Positions 11,986 through 20,006 of a DNA stretch of 64,000 bases are shown here, one piece after another. Numbering within the stretch: the first letter of the stretch is position 1; each line of letters begins with the position of its first letter. This stretch comes from a candidate division TM6 bacterium GW2011_GWE2_36_25 (GTDB taxonomy: Bacteria; Babelota; Babeliae; Babelales; UBA12409): NCBI GenBank assembly GCA_000991575.1, contig LBRU01000002.1, positions 79,689 to 143,688 of the forward strand, written 5' to 3'. Below the pieces are notes generated by a model. The model was not told where the DNA came from, ran no database searches, and saw only the letters and a program-made list of their open reading frames with translations. The translations under genes and the position numbers were made by a program.

Positions 11986-12000
11986 AAAAGGCATTTAGTA

Positions 12001-13266
12001 ATGGATATTCTCATAAATGGTAGTATTGGTTTTGTTATAGCGTTGGCATCTACAGCCCTGTTTTCGTATTTAGAAACCACCATTACCGCAGTACGATTCT
12101 TTCGCATTCGTGAATTGGCCCAAACAACTGATCGTTATAAAAATATTCTCACCACACTTGAAGAACAACCTCATCGCATTTTAATAACAATTCTTATTGC
12201 ATGTAATTTATCAAATGTCATTGCAGCTGCTCTCAGTACACGCATCATGGAAGACCTCTTCACGCGATTAAACTGGTCCCAAGGACTTGGATTTTCGCTC
12301 GGTATTGCAATTGCAACATTTTCGATTTTAATTTTTGGAGAAATTATTCCAAAGCATTTTGCCAAATTGCAAGGAGAAAAAATGCTTGGTTCTTCTCTCT
12401 GGTTCCTTAATCTGATATATCTTCTCCTTTATCCACTCGTTAAATTACTTACTATTATTAGTAATTTTTTCATTGGATCTCATATAAAAGAAAATTCGAG
12501 CACATTAGTCACATCTGAAAAAGAAATCAAATTTCTCATCGATTATATCAATCAAAAAGGTCTTATTGAGCGTGAAAAGAGTGCAATGTTGCAAAACATT
12601 TTTCGTATTGGCAACATGCAAATAAAAGATATTTTAGTTCCAGAACCAGACATGGTCATCATCGAAGCACATACAATCATTGAAAAAGCTCTCCAAAAAT
12701 TTACTCAATGCCAACTTTCACGATTGCCCGTCTATGAAGACAAGGAAGACAATATTATTGGGATACTCTATCAAAAAGATATTTTTATACCTCTCCAAAA
12801 AGGTGAACATAAAAAACCCATTAAAGAAATTATTCGTCCGGTTGTTTTTGTGCCAGAAAGCATGAAAGTTAATCAAATATTAAAATTTTTCAAAGACAAA
12901 CAACTTCACATGGCAATTGTTCTTGATGAACACGGCGCCATCGCAGGACTCGTTACGCTTGAAGATGTCCTTGAAGAAATCGTCGGAGATATTAAAGATG
13001 AACATGAAATTGAACCCAACGAAACCATCATCTCTCTCGAAGATGGCAGTTGGCTTGCTCCAGGAAACACATCTCTAGAAGAATTAGAAGAATTGCTGAA
13101 CATTTCATTTAAAGCTGAAACAGCTATTACACTCGGTGGCTTCATGACTGAACAACTACAACATTTACCCAAAAAAGGAGAACGTTTAGAATATAAGGAT
13201 TACGTCTTTCAAATACAAAAAGCAACAACTCGGAGAATTTTACAAGTTCTTATATTCAAAAAATAA
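12001..13266 (+). CDS. CNNM/CorC/HlyC-family membrane protein (DUF21 + CBS pair + CorC_HlyC)
   Basis: N-terminal 4-TM region, a CBS region, and the LVTLEDVLEEIVGDIKDEH motif preceding the C-terminal transporter-associated domain. Confidence 0.85.
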   Translation: MDILINGSIGFVIALASTALFSYLETTITAVRFFRIRELAQTTDRYKNILTTLEEQPHRILITILIACNLSNVIAAALSTRIMEDLFTRLNWSQGLGFSLGIAIATFSILIFGEIIPKHFAKLQGEKMLGSSLWFLNLIYLLLYPLVKLLTIISNFFIGSHIKENSSTLVTSEKEIKFLIDYINQKGLIEREKSAMLQNIFRIGNMQIKDILVPEPDMVIIEAHTIIEKALQKFTQCQLSRLPVYEDKEDNIIGILYQKDIFIPLQKGEHKKPIKEIIRPVVFVPESMKVNQILKFFKDKQLHMAIVLDEHGAIAGLVTLEDVLEEIVGDIKDEHEIEPNETIISLEDGSWLAPGNTSLEELEELLNISFKAETAITLGGFMTEQLQHLPKKGERLEYKDYVFQIQKATTRRILQVLIFKK

Positions 13267-13272
13267 GTATCT

Positions 13273-13300
13273 TGACAAATGGTCTTCCTTTTTCATAAGG
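13273..13300 (+). promoter_or_regulatory. candidate promoter (TTGACA-16 nt-CATAAG)
   Basis: Consensus -35 at 13273-13278 and a 4/6 -10 match, 36 nt upstream of the 13337 ATG, which has an AAGGAG RBS. Confidence 0.25.
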
Positions 13301-13336
13301 TGAAAGGAATTGTTCACCCTTTAAAAAGGAGTTTTT

Positions 13337-14149
13337 ATGAAACTACCGTTACTGCTTCTCGCAGTATCAGCTTTGTATTTCAATGCATCACCAACAGAAG
13401 ATAACCCGCATCTCTTTAAGAGATTATTCAAAGCATGCACCAATTTCAATTGGAAAAAAAGAAACAATGACTTAACTAATAGGGGCTGTGCCTGCAGCAA
13501 ACCTAGACCTAAACGTGATGATGTTGTCGTTGACGGTTGCGCTTGTAGCAAGCCACGCCCTAAAGATGTAGATGTCTCAGTTAGTGATGCTTGTGCCTGC
13601 AGTAAACCTAGACCTAAACGTGATGATGTTGTCGTTGACGGTTGCGCTTGTAGCAAACCACGTCCTAAAGATGCAGATGTCTCAGTTAGTGATGGCTGTG
13701 CCTGCAGTAAACCTAGACCTAAACGTGATGATGTTGTCGTTGACGGTTGCGCTTGTAGCAAGCCACGTCCTAAGGAATTATTAAACAATATTTGTAAGCT
13801 GATAATCAAAAAACAACACGCATTTCCAATACACCAGGTTCAATATGTCTCAATAAAACCTCAAGACATCCCACAAGAACCTAATAAAATCGATGGCGGA
13901 GAATTGTTTGTTGCTTGTGCAGAAAACTTTGTAAAAATTATACATGGTGGAGTTGTAGCTAATAATTCAGGAAAACTAGAAAATGGTCTTCCCTATATTT
14001 TTAATGGCATTAATGGGCTGGTACAAATTGTTTCACGTACACCAAACCCAGAACAAACGCTGGAAGAAGTTATCAAATTTATGCAAGAGTTTGATAATAA
14101 TGATTACGAACAATTACTTACTATTGCAAAATCTCATGTAACAGATTAA
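13337..14149 (+). CDS. secreted CxC-repeat protein (six GCACSKPRPK motifs)
   Basis: AAAGGAG RBS, signal peptide MKLPLLLLAVSALYFNA, an in-frame tandem repeat, a unique C-terminal domain, and a strong terminator downstream. Confidence 0.7.
   Translation: MKLPLLLLAVSALYFNASPTEDNPHLFKRLFKACTNFNWKKRNNDLTNRGCACSKPRPKRDDVVVDGCACSKPRPKDVDVSVSDACACSKPRPKRDDVVVDGCACSKPRPKDADVSVSDGCACSKPRPKRDDVVVDGCACSKPRPKELLNNICKLIIKKQHAFPIHQVQYVSIKPQDIPQEPNKIDGGELFVACAENFVKIIHGGVVANNSGKLENGLPYIFNGINGLVQIVSRTPNPEQTLEEVIKFMQEFDNNDYEQLLTIAKSHVTD
13484..13774 (+). repeat. in-frame tandem repeat, 105-nt period, about 2.8 copies
   Basis: Each unit is a 51-nt half (GCACSKPRPKRDDVVVD) plus a 54-nt half (GCACSKPRPKD[VA]DVSVSD). 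Units start at 13484, 13589 and 13694 and are near-identical at DNA level. Confidence 0.92.
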
Positions 14150-14160
14150 AGTTTTTCCAC

Positions 14161-14197
14161 AAAGAAAAAGAGCCATAAATTATGGCTCTTTTTCTTT
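14161..14197. terminator. bidirectional rho-independent terminator
   Basis: A perfect 17-bp stem, AAAGAAAAAGAGCCATA / TATGGCTCTTTTTCTTT, with a 3-nt loop between convergent genes. A/T runs are built into both arms. Confidence 0.65.
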
Positions 14198-14207
14198 GTA
14201 AGCGCTA

Positions 14208-15071
14208 TCAATTAAGCGGTTTAGTCGTTATACAATTTTCTTTACCTAACATTTCTTTCAAATCATTTAAACCACAGTTCATATTATTATTAAAACGATC
14301 AATTTCTTGGATATTAAAACCCTTGAGAGGATTGCTAATATTTGGTTGCTCTAAATCAACAATTACTAAACGACCATCATCCGCAATCAAAATATTATTT
14401 TTTATATCCCATAGTCCACAACTCGCGACAATAGCAACCAATTCATTAGCTTGATCATTATTCAAATTTTTTAATAACTCTTTACTTTCTTTTTTGGGTA
14501 AAAATGAAACACGCTCTTGCAAAATAATGTAATTTGTATCATTTATAACATCAGAAGCTTGCGGCAATTTAAATAAATACGTTTTCGGAATATAAACTGA
14601 TTTTAACGGCATTAACTTTTGCAATCGCAAATAAAGATAGTAAGTTGGCAACGAACTAACTGTTTGATAAGTAGCAACACGCTTAAGTTCATAAAGTTCT
14701 TCATCAGAAATACGTGTTGGCCATTTTTCATTTGCAACAATAGTATTTACCAAACGATTTGTTGGCCCACTAATCTTAATCATATAATCAGGTTCCGCAG
14801 GACAAGCAAATACATAATTACTTCGTGAATAATTAATAATACCTTTCTCTCTCAGAGCTTCATTATTGCCTGTATGTTTAATTTGATGATCAGCTAAATC
14901 ACCTTCTTGCAATACAAGCTTTTTTATAAGATCTTCTTCGGAAATCAACCAATCATTGACCTTTTTCACTACATCTGCAGGCAAAATTGGAATACTTTCA
15001 AAGAAATCATCTGCTTGTAAAAAAGATGCCTTAAAAGCCACAAGCAAAATAAAAACCAACCATTTCTTCAT
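14208..15071 (-). CDS. secreted protein-kinase-like-fold protein, paralog B (catalytic Asp retained)
   Basis: ATG at 15071 follows GAGGAG. Signal peptide MKKWLVFILLVAFKASFLQA. Motifs YMIKISG, NYIILQE, CGLWDIKNNILI and VIVDLEQPN occur in kinase order. Confidence 0.6.
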   Translation of the reverse strand: MKKWLVFILLVAFKASFLQADDFFESIPILPADVVKKVNDWLISEEDLIKKLVLQEGDLADHQIKHTGNNEALREKGIINYSRSNYVFACPAEPDYMIKISGPTNRLVNTIVANEKWPTRISDEELYELKRVATYQTVSSLPTYYLYLRLQKLMPLKSVYIPKTYLFKLPQASDVINDTNYIILQERVSFLPKKESKELLKNLNNDQANELVAIVASCGLWDIKNNILIADDGRLVIVDLEQPNISNPLKGFNIQEIDRFNNNMNCGLNDLKEMLGKENCITTKPLN

Positions 15072-15151
15072 AAAACTCCTCTGTTTTTTACTATATTTAA
15101 CATTTTTTAAAGTTAAAATACAAGAAATACTTCCTAAAAAAATCATCTTCA

Positions 15152-16177
15152 TCAGAAATCAAAAACAATTTTCATTTCAAAATTTTTATTATAATGATTA
15201 GCAATTTCTAATGCATAGCCTTTAATCCATGCTGCTTGTTCAGAGTCAGGAGCAAATAAGGCATACAACTCGCGAATTCCTGCTTCAACATTACGCTTAA
15301 AACGATCTTTTCCAAAAAAAGGTAATTGGTGTGACTCACGAACATCCTGTAGATAAAATCCCTCTGGACTGGTAACATTGGGCTGCTCCAGATCATTCAC
15401 CACTAACATTCCTCCTGGCGTAAGATGCACATTAGTTCTCATATTCCAGAGACCGCAATAAAAAATAAGCAAAACAAGCTCATAAATTTGTTCTTGTTTT
15501 AATTCACAAAATTTAGTTAAAGCTATTTCGCGACTCACCAAATCCTGTTTTTCTTGAACAATCACATAATTTTTATCGCAAAGCACATCAGGCCTCCCTG
15601 GAACATGCAATAAAAAGGTATCGGGTACATGAACAAAACGTAACGGTCTCAATCTTTGTAATTCACAATACCGCAAGAAAACAGGAATATAACTAATCGT
15701 TTGATATGTATCAAATGGAGATAATTGAGCTACTTCTTCATCTGAAACTTTCGTATGATAACGAGGAATACCATTGGCAACAATTTGATTTTGCAATCTA
15801 CTTGAAATTCCCGAAATTTTAACAATGTATCGGCCCGATGGATCCTCAAAAATATAATTTGAACGGGCCAAATTGTGTAAATCTTCTTGAGCAGCCAACC
15901 AATCTCTATCGGCAACAAATCGCCCTTTATATTCACTCAAAGGAAAATCTTGTACAATTAAACGTTCAATAAGTTCAGGTTTACTTGTAAACCATCCTGC
16001 TAATTGAGCAATGATGTCATCTGGAAGCTTTGGAGCATGTTTTTCAACAATATCAATGGTCAACAACTCCTCTCCATAAGCACCAACAGGTCGTTTAAAT
16101 AAATCTGTATCATCTTCCATAGCATAAAGATTGAAACTTAAAAAACCTAAAAAGCCTAACAAACATTTATTCTTCAC
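15152..16177 (-). CDS. secreted protein-kinase-like-fold protein, paralog A (Asp replaced by Asn)
   Basis: GTG start with AAGGGA RBS. Signal peptide MKNKCLLGFLGFLSFNLYA. Motifs YIVKISG, NYVIVQE, CGLWNMRTNVHL and VVNDLEQPN are collinear with paralog B. Confidence 0.6.
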   Translation of the reverse strand: MKNKCLLGFLGFLSFNLYAMEDDTDLFKRPVGAYGEELLTIDIVEKHAPKLPDDIIAQLAGWFTSKPELIERLIVQDFPLSEYKGRFVADRDWLAAQEDLHNLARSNYIFEDPSGRYIVKISGISSRLQNQIVANGIPRYHTKVSDEEVAQLSPFDTYQTISYIPVFLRYCELQRLRPLRFVHVPDTFLLHVPGRPDVLCDKNYVIVQEKQDLVSREIALTKFCELKQEQIYELVLLIFYCGLWNMRTNVHLTPGGMLVVNDLEQPNVTSPEGFYLQDVRESHQLPFFGKDRFKRNVEAGIRELYALFAPDSEQAAWIKGYALEIANHYNKNFEMKIVFDF

Positions 16178-16314
16178 GTTACATCCCTTAAAATAGTTTT
16201 ATTGTCCATAATCAATGTTGCTTCATGAAGAATAACAACAACCTTATCCTCTTTTTCTTCCATCATCTTAGGCAAGAGAACAGCGGCACCATATAAGGAG
16301 CTCATTAGAATCAT
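16174..16314 (-). CDS. unlisted 46-codon ORF, translationally coupled between nfeD and the kinase-like gene
   Basis: ATG at 16314 lies 7 nt after an AAGGAG that overlaps the nfeD stop. Its TGA overlaps the downstream GTG start (GTGA). Product: MILMSSLYGAAVLLPKMMEEKEDKVVVILHEATLIMDNKTILRDVT. Confidence 0.4.
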   Translation of the reverse strand: MILMSSLYGAAVLLPKMMEEKEDKVVVILHEATLIMDNKTILRDVT

Positions 16315-16325
16315 GATGAAGCTCC

Positions 16326-16766
16326 TTATAGCTTATCAATGGATTTTACAATAAGATGATACCCTTGCACACGTAAAACCTCAATCACTTCTCCCGCAAT
16401 AATAATTTCATTATTAAAGGTGCACGCAGCCCAAATTTCTTCACCTATTCTTGCTTGTCCCATCATCCCCGGAACAATATTTTTGACAACCAGCCCCCTT
16501 CTACCAAGAAGCAAGTCAACAGGTGTTGTAGATTTTTTTTCATAATGATAAGGGTTAAAAACAAAGCGCATACCTATAAAAAACAATATACTTACAGAAA
16601 AGAAAATAAGAACTTGAACCCATAAAGACAATGCAAGCAAACTACTCACAGCCGCAAAAATTGCACCACACGCGCATGATAAAAAGAAAAATAGCGTAAT
16701 TCCTGCAAGCTCAATAATAAAAAAAAATAGAGAAATAATTAACCACACAAAAAAGAAAACTGCCAT
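16326..16766 (-). CDS. NfeD-family membrane protein
   Basis: Three N-terminal TM segments plus a C-terminal OB-like domain (GRRGLVVKNIVPGMMGQARIGEEIWAA..GEVIEVLRVQGYHLIV), typical of short NfeD proteins. Confidence 0.75.
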   Translation of the reverse strand: MAVFFFVWLIISLFFFIIELAGITLFFFLSCACGAIFAAVSSLLALSLWVQVLIFFSVSILFFIGMRFVFNPYHYEKKSTTPVDLLLGRRGLVVKNIVPGMMGQARIGEEIWAACTFNNEIIIAGEVIEVLRVQGYHLIVKSIDKL

Positions 16767-16847
16767 GGCAACCTAACGGTTTTTTTCTTTTATCTTAGCC
16801 CTTTTTTGGAACCACAGCAATCGTAAATTTTTTACAAATTTTATAAT

Positions 16848-17312
16848 TTACATCTTACTTGCAAGTGTCGCCCCACTTAAAACATAAAGTTCAGGTTTGC
16901 CATCAGGATGAATTCTGAGACCAAGTTCAACTTTATCTTCAGTTAAACAACACGTTAAATAAGTTTTGTCTGAACTTGGAGGATTTTGTTCGCCAGACCA
17001 ATAAATAAAACCCTGAACAAATACATTTTTAGGACAATCTCCAGAAGATTCTGGCCCCCAATCAAGAAAAATCGGTTCGCCATCACCTTTTAAAACTCCA
17101 AGATAAATATCTGGTCGCTCCTGAAAATCAACCCATCTTCCTAATCTTTTTTTTGCATTTGGAGGCAAAAGAAATGTATATTTTTCGCTTGGAATATGTA
17201 CTTCATAAAGAGTTTTATTTGTATTATTTTCAATCAAACTCAGATAAACATTTGAACTATTTACATAATGTGCACTAAAAAGCACAACACACATAAAATA
17301 TTTTTTAACCAT
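16848..17312 (-). CDS. hypothetical secreted protein, SGDC/CC family paralog 1
   Basis: It has a signal peptide and shares NKT, SGDC, CC and (I/H)PDG blocks with the upstream neighbour. Confidence 0.5.
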   Translation of the reverse strand: MVKKYFMCVVLFSAHYVNSSNVYLSLIENNTNKTLYEVHIPSEKYTFLLPPNAKKRLGRWVDFQERPDIYLGVLKGDGEPIFLDWGPESSGDCPKNVFVQGFIYWSGEQNPPSSDKTYLTCCLTEDKVELGLRIHPDGKPELYVLSGATLASKM

Positions 17313-17315
17313 TTT

Positions 17316-17882
17316 TTACTCCATTTTTAAAACGCGCAAATCGACTTTCTCTGGATCAAGAACTCTTATATTATGAAAATTAACCAACTTTATTCCGTCA
17401 GGATAAATTTCAACAACAACATTACCTGTTCGATAAACACAACATCTCACACGTTTAACCTTGTCATAATCTTTAAATGGACTTATTAAATCAGTTTCAT
17501 TCAAAGCAATATTAATTGAATAGGGACCAGAAAACCATGGATCAATACAATCGCCACTCGTTTTTATACCAGCCCTAAAGTAAATAGGCTGAAGGTCTTC
17601 TCTTAAAGGTTCTAATTTTATTTGAGACCCAAAACCCTCGTTATCGCGAACCAATACATCGGTTTCACCTTCTTCATGAGCTTTCACCAAAAGAACAGGA
17701 CGCCATCCAGCTGACTCTGCCGTAAAAACCGGTCCTCCCGCGCCAGTAATTTCCCCTTGCCGCTCATACACAACATAATCAACGTCAGTTTTATTATCAA
17801 ATTTAATAAAACGTATCGAATCATCAGCAAAACAAAAATTAACCCCTAAAAAAATTAAGCAGAGATTAACAATTCTTTTCAT
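17316..17882 (-). CDS. hypothetical secreted protein, SGDC/CC family paralog 2
   Basis: ATG at 17882 follows GGAGG (the track start 17981 adds 33 implausible residues). Signal peptide MKRIVNLCLIFLGVNFCFA. Confidence 0.5.
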   Translation of the reverse strand: MKRIVNLCLIFLGVNFCFADDSIRFIKFDNKTDVDYVVYERQGEITGAGGPVFTAESAGWRPVLLVKAHEEGETDVLVRDNEGFGSQIKLEPLREDLQPIYFRAGIKTSGDCIDPWFSGPYSINIALNETDLISPFKDYDKVKRVRCCVYRTGNVVVEIYPDGIKLVNFHNIRVLDPEKVDLRVLKME

Positions 17883-18009
17883 TTCAATCCTCCATTTCAA
17901 TTTTGTCATTAATAAAATTTTAAAATTTTTATTATTAAAAAAACAACAAAATGTATTAATTTTTAAAAAAAATAGTCTCAATAAAGTTTTTTTTAATATT
18001 TGGATTAAG

Positions 18010-19866
18010 TTATTTTAAAATTCTTTTTATCGCTGAAACAATTGCACAAGCATCTATACCAGCCCATGCAAATAATTCTTGTGATGTGCCAGAACGCGGA
18101 ACTTCTGTTATCCCTAAACACTTTATTTTAACGCAATCGCCACGCAAAGAATAAGCAACAGACTCTCCTATTCCTCCGGCTAAGTAATGATCTTCAACAG
18201 TTACCACAATCTTTCCCGACCGCACAACAACATCTCGCAATTTATCCTCATTAAGCGGCTTAACTGAATAAAGATCAACAACCGTAACAAAAAGACCCTC
18301 ACTTTCGAGGAGTTCATAAGCTTTTAATGCTTCATGCACGGTAATACCAGCACCGATAATTACTGCACAATCCTGTTCTGTTTGCCGAAGAATTTTAAAA
18401 TCACCAATACTAAATTGCTCATTATTATCATAAATTACCGGAAGTGCCGAACGAGTGGTTCGTAAATAGCTCACCCCTTTTTGATAATGATACAGAAGAG
18501 ATGTTAGTTTATAACAAGAAACAGCATCTGAAGGATACAATACTATTGAATGAGGCAATAATCGCATCATCGAAATATCTTCGAGTCCCATCTGAGAAGG
18601 ACCGTCAGCTCCAATAGAGATTCCTGCGTGAGAACCGATAACACGTAAAGCCACCCGTGAAATAGCACCCATACGTAATTGATCGAAAGTGCGTGTTAAA
18701 AATGAAGCAAAAGTCGCAACATACGGAACATTTTTAAGTGCCGCAAGACCAATAGCCATCCCAACCATATTCTGTTCACCAAGAAAACATTCAATAAATT
18801 GATGGGGAAACTCTTGGGAAAATCGCTTCGTTCGTGTTGAATTACTTACTTCCGCATCTAAACAGATGAGTTCGGGTGATTTTTTACCCAGAGCGACGAG
18901 GGCATCCCCAAAGGCATCACGAACAGCAACACGTTCCCCTTTTTTATAATCTGGGTCATCTAACGTAATATCATGAAACATTTTTGGATTGCCAGCTTTT
19001 ACAACCGGAGGATTATAATCCTCATCTTTCCATTTTGAGTTAAAAAATCGTTTTTTTAATTCTTCTTTCAACCGAGAAACCTGATCTTTTGGAAAAGCTG
19101 TTCCGTGAAAACCATTTTTACCCTCAGCTTCAGTAAGACCATAGCCTTTTATGGTTTTTGCTAAAATAATTTGCGGTTGCTTATTTTTTGCATTACGAGC
19201 CTGATCACAAGCAAGCACAAGCTCATCAATATTGTGTCCATTGACAATATAAGTCTGCCATCGAAAAGCTTCAAATTTCTCTGCAATACGCAACATATTA
19301 TGATCATCCATTGTTGTGCCACGTTGCCCTAAATTATTAACATCTACGAGCGCGATAAGATTATCCAATTCATAATAAGCAGCAATTTCTACCGCTTCCC
19401 AATTTGATCCTTCAGCAATTTCGCTATCACCCAACAAAACATACGTATAATAATCTAATGCATGTCGTTTAGAATCTATTGCCATCCCCGCACCAATCGA
19501 TAAGCCCATGCCAAGCGATCCTGTTGCAACATCAACCCGAGAAAAACGTGGTGTTGGATGTCCCTCCAAAGTCGAATCAAATTTCCGCAATGTCAACAAA
19601 TCAGCATGCGTCAAGACCCCTAACTCTTTCCACGCGGCATAGAGCACCGGCGCCGCATGACCTTTTGATAATATAAATCGATCATTATAAGGATTATGAG
19701 GATTTTTCGGATCAAAATGCATCGCATGAAAAAACACGACTGCCATAATATCAGCAGCCGACAAACAAGAAGTTGGATGCCCCGAACCAACTTCGGATGT
19801 TGCTTCAAGAGAAGAGATTCGCATATTATAAGCCTTGTGAGCTAAAAATTCATTTTCATTTTTCAT
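18010..19866 (-). CDS. tkt: transketolase
   Basis: GSGHPTSCLSAADIM and the TPP-binding LGDSEIAEGSNWEA are present, with fused N- and C-terminal halves. The ATG at 19866 is preferred over the TTG at 19887. Confidence 0.9.
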   Translation of the reverse strand: MKNENEFLAHKAYNMRISSLEATSEVGSGHPTSCLSAADIMAVVFFHAMHFDPKNPHNPYNDRFILSKGHAAPVLYAAWKELGVLTHADLLTLRKFDSTLEGHPTPRFSRVDVATGSLGMGLSIGAGMAIDSKRHALDYYTYVLLGDSEIAEGSNWEAVEIAAYYELDNLIALVDVNNLGQRGTTMDDHNMLRIAEKFEAFRWQTYIVNGHNIDELVLACDQARNAKNKQPQIILAKTIKGYGLTEAEGKNGFHGTAFPKDQVSRLKEELKKRFFNSKWKDEDYNPPVVKAGNPKMFHDITLDDPDYKKGERVAVRDAFGDALVALGKKSPELICLDAEVSNSTRTKRFSQEFPHQFIECFLGEQNMVGMAIGLAALKNVPYVATFASFLTRTFDQLRMGAISRVALRVIGSHAGISIGADGPSQMGLEDISMMRLLPHSIVLYPSDAVSCYKLTSLLYHYQKGVSYLRTTRSALPVIYDNNEQFSIGDFKILRQTEQDCAVIIGAGITVHEALKAYELLESEGLFVTVVDLYSVKPLNEDKLRDVVVRSGKIVVTVEDHYLAGGIGESVAYSLRGDCVKIKCLGITEVPRSGTSQELFAWAGIDACAIVSAIKRILK

Positions 19867-20006
19867 AATCGCACACTTTTTTTCCAAAAATAACGAACCT
19901 CAATAAAATAAGTCAATGAGCCAGAAAAAGACCACACTATTGCTATGTCGTTAGCCATAAGGTATAAGTTAAAGAAGAACATGCAATAAAAAAAGGGACG
20001 AGAAAA

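Noticed and set aside
10020-12107. Minus-strand ORFs 10020-10295, 10305-10589, 11013-11252 and 11496-12107 (Ser/Leu-rich)
   Set aside because: They are antisense to the strongly supported rpoD. Their low-complexity composition mirrors its Lys/Glu-rich codons.
13484-13774. Possible CRISPR array or minisatellite
   Set aside because: The units are contiguous with no spacers, the period is a multiple of 3, and they lie in frame inside a CDS. No cas genes are present.
13321-13809. 162-aa minus-strand ORF (LGRGLLQAQPSTTTSS repeats) across the tandem repeat
   Set aside because: It is the antisense shadow of the repeat. The plus-strand ORF has an RBS, a signal peptide, a non-repeat C-terminal domain and a terminator, and the minus ORF has none of these.
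15072-15152. N-terminal extension MKMIFLGSISCILTLKNVKYSKKQRSF of kinase-like paralog B in the ORF track
   Set aside because: The internal ATG at 15071 has a GAGGAG RBS and starts directly with a canonical signal peptide. The extension would abut the upstream gene's stop codon with no RBS.
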